Shown: positions 27,747 to 36,487 of the stretch, piece by piece
Layout: each line of letters starts with the position of its first letter
How positions within the stretch are numbered: position 1 is the first letter of the stretch
From: a virus
Lineage: Duplodnaviria; Caudoviricetes
DNA: 49,360 bases
Virus record (IMG/VR): IMGVR_UViG_3300023257_000002
Location: 1-49,360 of that record
Reading direction: 5' to 3' (one strand)
Made by a program: the position numbers and the translations under genes
The notes under the pieces: generated by a model
The model's database searches: none
What the model was told of the DNA's origin: nothing
The model's input: only the letters and a program-made list of their open reading frames with translations

Positions 27747-27889
27747 TTTTTCTTCTCCTTGATAATATCATAATTCTTTTTTAATAAGTTATTCATTAAT
27801 TTAGAAACAGATTCCTTTTGAGCTTTGGCTATTTTTTTTAATTTCATTTCATCTATTTCATGGTCTAACCATATACTTTTGATTCCCAT
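27743..27889 (-). CDS. Ribbon-helix-helix-like 48-aa protein
   Basis: Manual translation MGIKSIWLD...LKKIAKAQKESVSKLMNNLL. Confidence 0.55.
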   Translation of the reverse strand: MGIKSIWLDHEIDEMKLKKIAKAQKESVSKLMNNLLKKNYDIIKEKKK

Positions 27890-27912
27890 TATAAAACCTA
27901 ATAGGTTTATCC

Positions 27913-27927
27913 TTTATAAATATCGAT
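27913..27927 (-). promoter_or_regulatory. Conserved promoter motif (copy 6)
   Basis: Exact 15-mer. Confidence 0.85.
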
Positions 27928-30900
27928 TACAAATTAAATAAATTACTTTTCTTTGACTTCTTTCCATTAAACCTAAAAGGTTGGATAAGTTTTCCCGTCC
28001 CCGCTTTTCGCAATCGCTTTTCTTTTCGTTCCACGATTAAATATTCTTTTCTTTTACCAACTCTAAATTCTACATCTTTTAATAATCCTGTCTCAGTTGC
28101 TTTAATTTTCTTTCCGCCCTTTGTTAAGAATCCTGATGCTGAAAGTTCTCCTTTAAGTTTTTTAGATAGTTTTTTTCCTAATACTTTTTTACCACCTTTT
28201 CCTATACTTACTTCTTTTCCACCTTTTAATATAAATGCTTCAAATATTTCTGGTTGTTCTCTAACTCTTTTTAACATTCTGCTTGGTAGAGAGATAATTG
28301 GTTTTTTTGTTGAAGATACTTTTGATATAGGTGAGGATGGTCTTGAAGGTCTCGAGACAGATGATTGTTTTGAGATGGCAGAAGCTACCCTTGAAACAGA
28401 AGATACTCTTGAAGGTCTTGATACAGCTGATGTTTTTGAAGATATTATAGATGATACCTTTGAAGATTTAGATATGGTTGAAGATAATGTAGATACTCTT
28501 GAAACAGAAGATTTACCTGATGGTTTTGATATTATTGATGTTGAGACATAAGATACTGTGGGTCTTGAAATAGAAACAACTTCATAAGGTTTAGCACTTA
28601 ATGAACTAGAAGATATACTTTCAGTTTTTGCTCCTACAGTTGTAGAAACAATAGTTTCTTGTGGAGTCTGTCCCACTATTTTTGGTGTGAATCTATTTGG
28701 GTCAAAATATAATTTATCTGTAGATAAATAATCTATCCCTGTTTCCTTAGTTACTAACTTTTTTAATTTAGTAGTTTCTACTACTGATAATTTTCCTTGT
28801 TTAGATTTTTCAATTAGTCCTAATGTTTCTGCAGATAAATCTCCTTTTGCTACAAAATCTGCTAAAACTAATCTTACTGGTTTCTTATTAATAACTGTTA
28901 TTCCCCCACTTCCTATTTTTTTAATAGCTATTGGTTTTCCTGCTGCATCTACTAAAGGGGTTACAACTTCAAACTCTGTTGATTTAAATGGAACATAAAA
29001 TTTTCCCTCTGCCCCTATCTTTTGACCTTCAAATACAATAATTTGTGGTTTTGAAGATGGTTTACCTACTGTTGCTTTTCCTGTAAGTAAATCTCTCATC
29101 GTTGCTTCAGCACCGAGTCTTGATGCCCTTGCCATCGGCATCCCAGTTTTTATATCAGGAGGAGTTCCAAATAATCCATACATAGGATTATCTGGCTGTG
29201 CAATTATATCTGTTTTCTTTTTAAACCAACCAAATAAACCTGTAGACGCATGAGTAATAGTTCCAGTTGTTCCAGTAAGAGAACCTAACTCTTGTCTAGT
29301 ATATCCATAAGGGTCTGTTAATGTTGGCTTCCTTACATCAATATCTATTTTTCCACCAGTATATGCTTTAATATCTTTAATTGTTTTAGATGCCTTTTCT
29401 CCAGTTAATCCAATATCTTTTATTACTTCTACTTTCTTTTTTAATAATTCTTGGGGTCTTAAAAGTTTTAATCCTTCTACTTCTACAGTTTTTAAATCTC
29501 CATATCCAAATAAAGAACGAGCAGAACTATAACCTGACCGACTTACAACATCTATTTTATTCCCAAATTTATCTGTTACTGCTACAACATCTATTCCTTT
29601 TACTTTATGTGGACTTATTTTAGTTCCTTCTCCTGATTTTTTAGCAATTAGTTCTGCAGTTTTAAGTGGATTTTTAGAAACTATATCTACATCTAAACCA
29701 GTTCTTGTTCCTTTAATTAATACTTTTGCAGCACCACTTCCAACATAAGTATCTCCTTGTTTCTTAGCAACATCTATCCCTATTTTTTCTAATTTAGTAA
29801 AGATGGGTAATTTTGGTTTATCAATCAATGGAATATCACTAGCATATTTTTTAGCAAGTTTGGATGGTTTAATATCTAATTTACTTCCCCTCTCTGGGAT
29901 TATTCCAATATCAAATTTTCCACCTTCTCCCTTTACTCCTTTAATTATCCGTTCTCCGATAACAGTGGTTTCAACAGCCTTATAATCAGGTCTTAATTTT
30001 GTAATTTTTACTTTTGCTACCTCTATTGCTTTTCCAGTAGAAAGCATAGCTCCAAATTCATAAGGATTTTCTTTTGCGTAAGTAGCTATTCCACCAATTG
30101 TTTGTCTTGGACTAGTTGCTAATCCTTTTACTATCTGAGTACCATAAGCATAGCCAACCCCAGGGATTAAAATAGAAGCACCATATAAAGCTCCTCTAAG
30201 AATTTGTCTACCAGAACCCTTTCTAGCAAATCCTGTTCCTCTCTCTGAGGTTTCTGTTGTATAAATTATATTTCCAAATTCATCTTTAGACTCTGTAGTT
30301 ACTTTTATTTCTTTTGTTATTGGAGGTGCAACATAATCAATCCCCTTTCCTATACCTGTTACTATCTCTTTATTGAATATTATCCCTCCAGCAGCGTAAC
30401 CTACAGCAGGATTTATTACATAAGCTCCAGCAACTACTCCTGCTTTACTAACAAAACCTACCTCTTTTTTTATTTTTATTATCTCTTGTGAAATTTCCGC
30501 TTGGGTTGGTTTATAAGTACTTGGAAAACTAAAAGCCATATCTGAAGTAAATTCTTTTTCTGATTCTTCTCTTATTTTAAGTCTTGTTTCTGCGAATCCC
30601 TTAACTTGTTCATAAATTTCAGCTCTTTCTCCTTTTGTAATTTTCTTAGGTTGTCCTGATACCCAATAGCTTAAAGTTTCTGAAGAATCTGGTTGGCTAT
30701 ACCAATTTGCCCTAGCTTTCTTATCTACTATTCCTCTTAAGTATAAAGAAGTTCCATAAACTTTCTTGGCTTTTTCTTCTACTTTTTTCTTTACAGATAA
30801 AACATCCTTAGTAAAAATGTCAAGTTGTGGTTTAAGTTTATCAATTCCAAATGATATTACAGGAGAAACTCTTTCCTCAACTTGTCCTCCTATAATTGAA

Positions 30901-32516
30901 GTAACACCATAAACTTTCTTAGTGGTATCTTCTATTTTTTTCTTTACGCTTAAAACATCCTTAGCAAATAAAGAGAATCCTTCTTTTACTTTTGGAGTAA
31001 CAACCTTTTCAACTTTTCCTCCAAGATATAAAGAAGTTCCATAAACTTTCTTGGCTTTTTCTTCAACTTTTTCTTTTCCAATTAAAACATCCTTTGCGAA
31101 TAAATTAAATGCTTGACTTACTTTTGGAGAAACTCTTTCCTCAACTTGTCCTCCTATAATTGAAGTAACACCATAAACTTTCTTGGCTTTTTCTTCAACT
31201 TTTTCTTTTCCAATTAAAACATCCCTGGCAATAATTCCAAATCCTTCTTTTATGATTGGAGTAACTTTCTTATCTACTATTCCCCCTAGAACTAAAGAAG
31301 TTCCATAAACTTTCTTGGCTTTTTCTTCAACTTTTTTCTTTACACTTAAAACATCCTTAGTAAAAATGTCAAGTTGTGGTTTAAGTTTATCAATTCCGAA
31401 TGCTATAGGTGGTGCTACTATTGTTTGAACTTTTGAAGTAGTGTCTGTTAATGGTTTTGTTTTATCTAATATTGAAAAAGTAATTTTTTTTGCAGTATCT
31501 TTTATGTCTGAAGGAATGTCTTTTATCCCTCCCCAAATCCCTTTAGCACTTCCCCCATAATCTACTTCTTTAATTTTTATTGCTTCTTCAGAAGTTAGTG
31601 GGGATATAATTGCAGTTTTATCCTCATATTTATAAAGTTCTTCAGTTGAAATAAATCCTCCTAGGGTAGATGAATAAGTTTGACCAGTTCTATCTACTTT
31701 AGGAGTTTTAAAAGATATATCTTTTGAACTTGTTACAATAGATTCCTTTGGTTTTACTTCTACTGGTTTTACTTCTACTATTTTTACTTCTTCTTCAGAA
31801 CGAAAACCACTTCCTACCCCATATTTTTCCCTTGCTTTTTTAGCCAACTCTCTTTTATATTCAGTTGCAGTTAATCCTTCCGTCCCTGGAACAACAATAT
31901 CACCATAATAAGTTGAAGTTCTTTGGGCTGATGAACCTTCGCCTGGCTTAGTTACGTTTACCCTCCCACTTGAAGAAGTTCTTATTCGAGAAATATCTTG
32001 GTCTATTCTTCTTTGGTCGTCTGCTAATCTTTCTCTTTCTCTGGCTCTATCTATATCTCTTTTTAATTGTTGTCGGCTGTCAATAGTTTTATCCCTTAAT
32101 GCTTCTTGAGTTCTTGTTTGCCTTAATTTTTCTGCTGCTATTCTTGCCCTTTCCGCTTTTTCTCTGGCTAATCTTTCTGCTATTGCTTTAAGTCTTCTGG
32201 CTAATCTTTCTGCTATTGCTTTAAGTCTTTTTTGTTCTGTTATCTGTGCAGCTGATGCTCCACTTGGTGCTGGACTAACAGAGGCTCTGCCACCTCCCCC
32301 ACCCCCACTATGATAAATAACTCCCCCTGAAGAATCTTTTACTGGAGTATAACCTAAAGTGTCCCCTGTTCTTGGATTAGCCCTTATTTTTTCAAACTCT
32401 GCAACATCTCTCGCAGTTTGTCTTTCTGCAGTTGTTTTTGGTTTTCCTTTTATAACACTTACAATCCCTTGACCAATATCTCGAATATTCTCCTTTATAT
32501 TACTCCAAGTTCCCAT
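27927..32516 (-). CDS. 1529-aa basic multidomain protein: coiled coil, 44-aa repeats, nucleotidyltransferase-like domain, Ser-rich tail
   Basis: Five KDVL....VEEKAKKVYG repeats; YVGSGAA...RTGLDVDIV...KIDVV motif. Confidence 0.8.
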   Translation of the reverse strand: MGTWSNIKENIRDIGQGIVSVIKGKPKTTAERQTARDVAEFEKIRANPRTGDTLGYTPVKDSSGGVIYHSGGGGGGRASVSPAPSGASAAQITEQKRLKAIAERLARRLKAIAERLAREKAERARIAAEKLRQTRTQEALRDKTIDSRQQLKRDIDRARERERLADDQRRIDQDISRIRTSSSGRVNVTKPGEGSSAQRTSTYYGDIVVPGTEGLTATEYKRELAKKAREKYGVGSGFRSEEEVKIVEVKPVEVKPKESIVTSSKDISFKTPKVDRTGQTYSSTLGGFISTEELYKYEDKTAIISPLTSEEAIKIKEVDYGGSAKGIWGGIKDIPSDIKDTAKKITFSILDKTKPLTDTTSKVQTIVAPPIAFGIDKLKPQLDIFTKDVLSVKKKVEEKAKKVYGTSLVLGGIVDKKVTPIIKEGFGIIARDVLIGKEKVEEKAKKVYGVTSIIGGQVEERVSPKVSQAFNLFAKDVLIGKEKVEEKAKKVYGTSLYLGGKVEKVVTPKVKEGFSLFAKDVLSVKKKIEDTTKKVYGVTSIIGGQVEERVSPVISFGIDKLKPQLDIFTKDVLSVKKKVEEKAKKVYGTSLYLRGIVDKKARANWYSQPDSSETLSYWVSGQPKKITKGERAEIYEQVKGFAETRLKIREESEKEFTSDMAFSFPSTYKPTQAEISQEIIKIKKEVGFVSKAGVVAGAYVINPAVGYAAGGIIFNKEIVTGIGKGIDYVAPPITKEIKVTTESKDEFGNIIYTTETSERGTGFARKGSGRQILRGALYGASILIPGVGYAYGTQIVKGLATSPRQTIGGIATYAKENPYEFGAMLSTGKAIEVAKVKITKLRPDYKAVETTVIGERIIKGVKGEGGKFDIGIIPERGSKLDIKPSKLAKKYASDIPLIDKPKLPIFTKLEKIGIDVAKKQGDTYVGSGAAKVLIKGTRTGLDVDIVSKNPLKTAELIAKKSGEGTKISPHKVKGIDVVAVTDKFGNKIDVVSRSGYSSARSLFGYGDLKTVEVEGLKLLRPQELLKKKVEVIKDIGLTGEKASKTIKDIKAYTGGKIDIDVRKPTLTDPYGYTRQELGSLTGTTGTITHASTGLFGWFKKKTDIIAQPDNPMYGLFGTPPDIKTGMPMARASRLGAEATMRDLLTGKATVGKPSSKPQIIVFEGQKIGAEGKFYVPFKSTEFEVVTPLVDAAGKPIAIKKIGSGGITVINKKPVRLVLADFVAKGDLSAETLGLIEKSKQGKLSVVETTKLKKLVTKETGIDYLSTDKLYFDPNRFTPKIVGQTPQETIVSTTVGAKTESISSSSLSAKPYEVVSISRPTVSYVSTSIISKPSGKSSVSRVSTLSSTISKSSKVSSIISSKTSAVSRPSRVSSVSRVASAISKQSSVSRPSRPSSPISKVSSTKKPIISLPSRMLKRVREQPEIFEAFILKGGKEVSIGKGGKKVLGKKLSKKLKGELSASGFLTKGGKKIKATETGLLKDVEFRVGKRKEYLIVERKEKRLRKAGTGKLIQPFRFNGKKSKKSNLFNL

Positions 32517-32713
32517 TATTCTTTTTTCCTCCGTTCAGATAAATAAGAAACACTAGCCCCTACCCATAGAGGAGAGATATAAACTGGAAGCCATAAGGCA
32601 ACTAAAACCCAATTAGAAGGATTAACTTTTATTCCATGATAGAGTAAACCAAAAGCTATAACAACCAAACTACAAATTAAAGCACCCTTGAAAGGATTAT
32701 AATTAATACCCAT
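32516..32713 (-). CDS. Two-TM membrane protein
   Basis: 65 aa, coupled. Confidence 0.65.
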   Translation of the reverse strand: MGINYNPFKGALICSLVVIAFGLLYHGIKVNPSNWVLVALWLPVYISPLWVGASVSYLSERRKKE

Positions 32714-32997
32714 TAGAAGAAACTCCTTTTATTTCTTAATTTTTTTAATTTTGGTTCATTAAACTTATTTAATTTCCTTTCAGATAGAATAGATAAGTCT
32801 AAATCTTCTTGAGTTCCTATTAAATCTAATTCCTTTTTTAAATATGCCTTTTGATTTTTTATATCTTGACTATATCTTTTAACCTCTTGTCGTTCTAATC
32901 TCCCCTGCATTCCCCCTCTTAGACTTCTTTTATCTCTGACAGGAACTTTTTTTTCATTTAGAATACATAATCTTCTTTCAATTTCTTGTAAATCCAT
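32713..32997 (-). CDS. Basic hypothetical protein
   Basis: 94 aa, coupled. Confidence 0.7.
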   Translation of the reverse strand: MDLQEIERRLCILNEKKVPVRDKRSLRGGMQGRLERQEVKRYSQDIKNQKAYLKKELDLIGTQEDLDLSILSERKLNKFNEPKLKKLRNKRSFF

Positions 32998-33013
32998 TAT
33001 TTATCCCCCCTTT

Positions 33014-33175
33014 TCATTCTTTTAATAATCCTTTTAGTTTGGAATCAATTTTTAAATCAAATAAATCTTCTTCAGTAATACCTATCTGTTTTAATTTATT
33101 CTTTTTTATAGAAGTGTTTAACTGCCCATTTTTTTTGTTTTCTACTACTTTACTTAGTAAGTCTCGGAGTTTCAT
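33014..33175 (-). CDS. 53-aa hypothetical protein
   Basis: Manual translation; ATG 21 nt after the promoter motif. Confidence 0.6.
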   Translation of the reverse strand: MKLRDLLSKVVENKKNGQLNTSIKKNKLKQIGITEEDLFDLKIDSKLKGLLKE

Positions 33176-33196
33176 AGAACTACATGTATTTTATAC

Positions 33197-33211
33197 TTTA
33201 TAAATATCGAT
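33197..33211 (-). promoter_or_regulatory. Conserved promoter motif (copy 7), followed by TACATGTA
   Basis: Exact 15-mer. Confidence 0.85.
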
Positions 33212-33220
33212 TACAAAAAA

Positions 33221-33418
33221 TCACATTGCCCAGTCTAAATCTCTGTCTTTTTCTCCAGTATTATAATCAATTCCATATTTCCTACAAAGTAATCTTGACA
33301 ACTTTCCTAAATCGCTCATCATGATAGTCCAATTTTCTATTCTTGCTCCAGAGGCATCTTCTATCTTCATTTTAACTAGACCTTCTCCAGTATTATATTT
33401 AAGTTTTTTAAATCCCAC
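33221..33418 (-). CDS. Hypothetical protein
   Basis: Likely GTG start overlapping the upstream TAG. Confidence 0.55.
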   Translation of the reverse strand: MGFKKLKYNTGEGLVKMKIEDASGARIENWTIMMSDLGKLSRLLCRKYGIDYNTGEKDRDLDWAM

Positions 33419-33903
33419 TATCCACCTCCCGTCATAAAGGCATAACCTATTACAGCTAATAATCCTAATCCTAATATCCATTTAAGTATACCACCCATTT
33501 GTTTGGTTGGTTTAATTATTTCTGATTGCATTTTCGCCATAAGAATTTTATAACCTTTAGTATTTGAACCATCGTTTAAAGATTTCTCATGTTCATCAGA
33601 TGGTGAATAAGGTTTTACACTCCAACTTGGGAGAATAACCATTGGATTTTTTTTCCATCTTAAAACATAATTTGGTGTGCCTAATCTTGGTATCCCATCT
33701 TCCATAAAAGTTTGTTCTACTATTTGTCTTTTTTGAAAATCTATATTTCCATTTTCATTTATTTTCATTACAGTTACATAGTTTCTTTTCTTTTGTGCCT
33801 TTCCAACTTTCTTACCAAAAGGTAGTCTAAATTTCTTTTTCTTTTCTTTTTCTTTTGGTCTTAGTATTGCTTTTATATCTTGTATTTCTTTATTTAATCC
33901 CAT
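33418..33903 (-). CDS. C-terminally anchored membrane protein
   Basis: 161 aa, single C-terminal TM, SD. Confidence 0.75.
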   Translation of the reverse strand: MGLNKEIQDIKAILRPKEKEKKKKFRLPFGKKVGKAQKKRNYVTVMKINENGNIDFQKRQIVEQTFMEDGIPRLGTPNYVLRWKKNPMVILPSWSVKPYSPSDEHEKSLNDGSNTKGYKILMAKMQSEIIKPTKQMGGILKWILGLGLLAVIGYAFMTGGG

Positions 33904-33931
33904 TTTTCCTCCTTTCTTTTATTTAGTTTTA

Positions 33932-34381
33932 TCATTTTTTTTGTTCTCCCCCACTCTCCTCGATTTTAGATTTTCCAAACCATCCCTTATTTATTTTTCT
34001 ACGAGGTGTCATATCCGAAACATTTTTTGTAACTGTTGTTGCCTGTTTTATTAAGAACCCTTCACTTGATAGACTTGTTGCTAATGTATTTTCTGCTTCT
34101 TCATTAAACCATTGAGCAAAAACATCATTATCCATTATTAAACTACTAATTCTTCCTAATTCAAAACTTCCCCTAACATTATGTGGGGGTATTCCTAACT
34201 CGTTGAAATCTTTATCATTTCTTAGATTACCAATCTTTTTTGTATCGTCTGCCGTTGCTACATTAAATAGAAAGGTATGGATTGATTGTTTATCTTCTTT
34301 TGCTTGATTACTGTCTTTCATTGCAGCAGCTATCTTTAAAATTGCTTCTTCGTCGCTAATATTTTCTTCTTCTTCAGCCAT
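33932..34381 (-). CDS. Hypothetical protein, probable morphogenesis cluster
   Basis: 149-aa ORF. Confidence 0.75.
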   Translation of the reverse strand: MAEEEENISDEEAILKIAAAMKDSNQAKEDKQSIHTFLFNVATADDTKKIGNLRNDKDFNELGIPPHNVRGSFELGRISSLIMDNDVFAQWFNEEAENTLATSLSSEGFLIKQATTVTKNVSDMTPRRKINKGWFGKSKIEESGGEQKK

Positions 34382-34604
34382 TTTTTAACCAACCTGTTTT
34401 TATTGCACGAAACAAAGTCGCAAATAATCCTAAACCATATAAAGCATAAGAGAAAAAATTAAATCCAGATACACTTATCCAAAGAACTGCTAAAAGTATT
34501 GGAGTAAAAATTGTTAAGGTTACATCTATTCCTGCGATTGTTGCTAAAAATATTTTTGTTATTTTATTCATTATTCTATTGGTTCTGCCATTGATTCTCT
34601 CCAC
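34374..34604 (-). CDS. Small membrane protein
   Basis: Two TM helices; start may be the second Met. Confidence 0.65.
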   Translation of the reverse strand: MERINGRTNRIMNKITKIFLATIAGIDVTLTIFTPILLAVLWISVSGFNFFSYALYGLGLFATLFRAIKTGWLKNG

Positions 34605-34716
34605 TCTCTAATCAAATCAATTAGTGTTTTTTTTGTTACTTTGCAGTAAATCATTATTCCTAGTGTTAAAAATATTCCGACTACTAATAAATTGCTGAAT
34701 AGGTTTTCCTGCCACA

Positions 34717-35085
34717 TTATCTAAGTAGTTTTAGTTTTAATTTATTTGTATGACTCTCATTAACCATAGACATTATCAATCCTATAAAAAATAAAATCAT
34801 AGAAGCATAAACCATTACCTCACTTAAAGAAATAAATGACTGTCTAAATGTTTCAATCCCAACACCTGTTAGGAGAGATACTACAATGTAAAATAATCCA
34901 TAATAAAATAATAACTTAATTGGGTAAAAGAATAGAGTTATCCATGAAGTATTATTTCTTTCAATAATCTGTTCATAAGCATTTCGTTCTACTAAATTAA
35001 GAGAATAAAATTTCTTTTTTGCTAATTCAATTTCTTTAAGTTTTTTCTTTCTTCTTTCTTCGTATAATTTTATATAATCATTCAT
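34717..35085 (-). CDS. Two-TM membrane protein
   Basis: 122 aa. Confidence 0.65.
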   Translation of the reverse strand: MNDYIKLYEERRKKKLKEIELAKKKFYSLNLVERNAYEQIIERNNTSWITLFFYPIKLLFYYGLFYIVVSLLTGVGIETFRQSFISLSEVMVYASMILFFIGLIMSMVNESHTNKLKLKLLR

Positions 35086-35411
35086 TTTATTTTTTGTACC
35101 CTATGTCCTTGTCTTTGAATATAAAGAGGTTTGTATCCTATTTTACTTAAATCTTCCATTACATATTTTACTCTTTCCATTTCTGTTTTATAAGTTTTTA
35201 ATTTATCTTTAAATCTTTTAATTGTTTCTTCTTTCCAGTCGCTTCTATCTTTTAAATCTGGATGTTCTTTTATTGAACCTACCTTATCTATTTTGATTGA
35301 ATCAATAGGAACTAATGCCCCTCCAAATTGACCAGTCCTAAAATAACAATTTTCTTTATCCACCCTTACTTCAATTTTTTCAGAGCCGTATTCAAATATT
35401 ATCCCAATCAT
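35082..35411 (-). CDS. Hypothetical protein
   Basis: 109 aa, coupled. Confidence 0.7.
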   Translation of the reverse strand: MIGIIFEYGSEKIEVRVDKENCYFRTGQFGGALVPIDSIKIDKVGSIKEHPDLKDRSDWKEETIKRFKDKLKTYKTEMERVKYVMEDLSKIGYKPLYIQRQGHRVQKIK

Positions 35412-35412
35412 T

Positions 35413-35607
35413 CTAATCCACTAATCCACTTTTAATCTCTTTAGTTATGTTTAAAAGTTCTACAATTGCTTGTTCAGATGTAATTATATCTCCTGTTGGT
35501 GTTTGAATTGCTATTGCCTCACCAGTTGGAACAGTTACTAATTTATAGTCTTCTTCTTTAACTTTTTTAACTTCCTTTTTTTCTTCTTTTATTTCTGTTT
35601 CTTCCAT
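35413..35607 (-). CDS. Hypothetical protein
   Basis: 64 aa with SD. Confidence 0.65.
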   Translation of the reverse strand: MEETEIKEEKKEVKKVKEEDYKLVTVPTGEAIAIQTPTGDIITSEQAIVELLNITKEIKSGLVD

Positions 35608-35796
35608 TTTTCTTCCTCCATAAATTTAGTTATTAATTTTAAATTATTAGTAACTAAAACTAATTCTCCGTTTTTTATTTTTGACTTCTTCGGAATTATT
35701 AGATACTTTATTCCATCCGTTCTGATTAAAACTTTTCTTATTTCCATTTCTCACCTCACTTAAAAGATATAACATATTATAATATATGATAATAGG

Positions 35797-35811
35797 TTTA
35801 TAAATATCGAT
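35797..35811 (-). promoter_or_regulatory. Conserved promoter motif (copy 8)
   Basis: Exact 15-mer. Confidence 0.85.
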
Positions 35812-35813
35812 GT

Positions 35814-36407
35814 TTAATCTATGATTAATTCATAAGCAGAACGAAGTGAAATATATGCAGCTAACATTAAAATTATAATTCCAATTGCCCAAGTATAGAC
35901 AGGGTCTCTTATTCCATCAAGTCCAAAGAATAGAATATAAAGTCCCATAAAATATAATCCAAAAGAACCTAAAATAACTATAACAGCATCTTTTAATGCA
36001 AATCCTAAAATGATTACTCCAAAAGATAATCCAAGAATTAAAATATAAAATCCTAATGTCCCTGAAAATCCTGAAGGGGTAATATTATAATATCCTTCAT
36101 TTGAATAAGAATAAGACCCATCAGTACAAAACATTTGAACTTTGTATATTTCTGCCTTTGGAAATGTAGTAGTATAATTAAATGCCCCATTTCCTAATTC
36201 ATTTGTTAGTTGGTTATTTATTAAATAATTTCCTTCCTTATCTGTAATAGTTATATTAAATGTTGCACTTGTTGGGATTGCGTTATCTAAGGTACAAGTA
36301 AATTGTAGATTTGTTTTAGTATTTATTTTATAAGTTTCTGTTTCCGCAGATGCAAAACTAATCATAAACATTCCTACTATTAATAACATTATTAATTTAT
36401 TTTTCAT
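35814..36407 (-). CDS. Exported Ig-like protein with three C-terminal TM helices
   Basis: Signal peptide GMFMISFASA identical to that of the 1238-aa protein; sequons. Confidence 0.8.
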   Translation of the reverse strand: MKNKLIMLLIVGMFMISFASAETETYKINTKTNLQFTCTLDNAIPTSATFNITITDKEGNYLINNQLTNELGNGAFNYTTTFPKAEIYKVQMFCTDGSYSYSNEGYYNITPSGFSGTLGFYILILGLSFGVIILGFALKDAVIVILGSFGLYFMGLYILFFGLDGIRDPVYTWAIGIIILMLAAYISLRSAYELIID

Positions 36408-36487
36408 TTTTTTCCTCCATGATTTAATTTTCGTAAACCTCAGTTAAAGCGAATCGGTATCCTATTAAATTTAATATTACAATTTTA

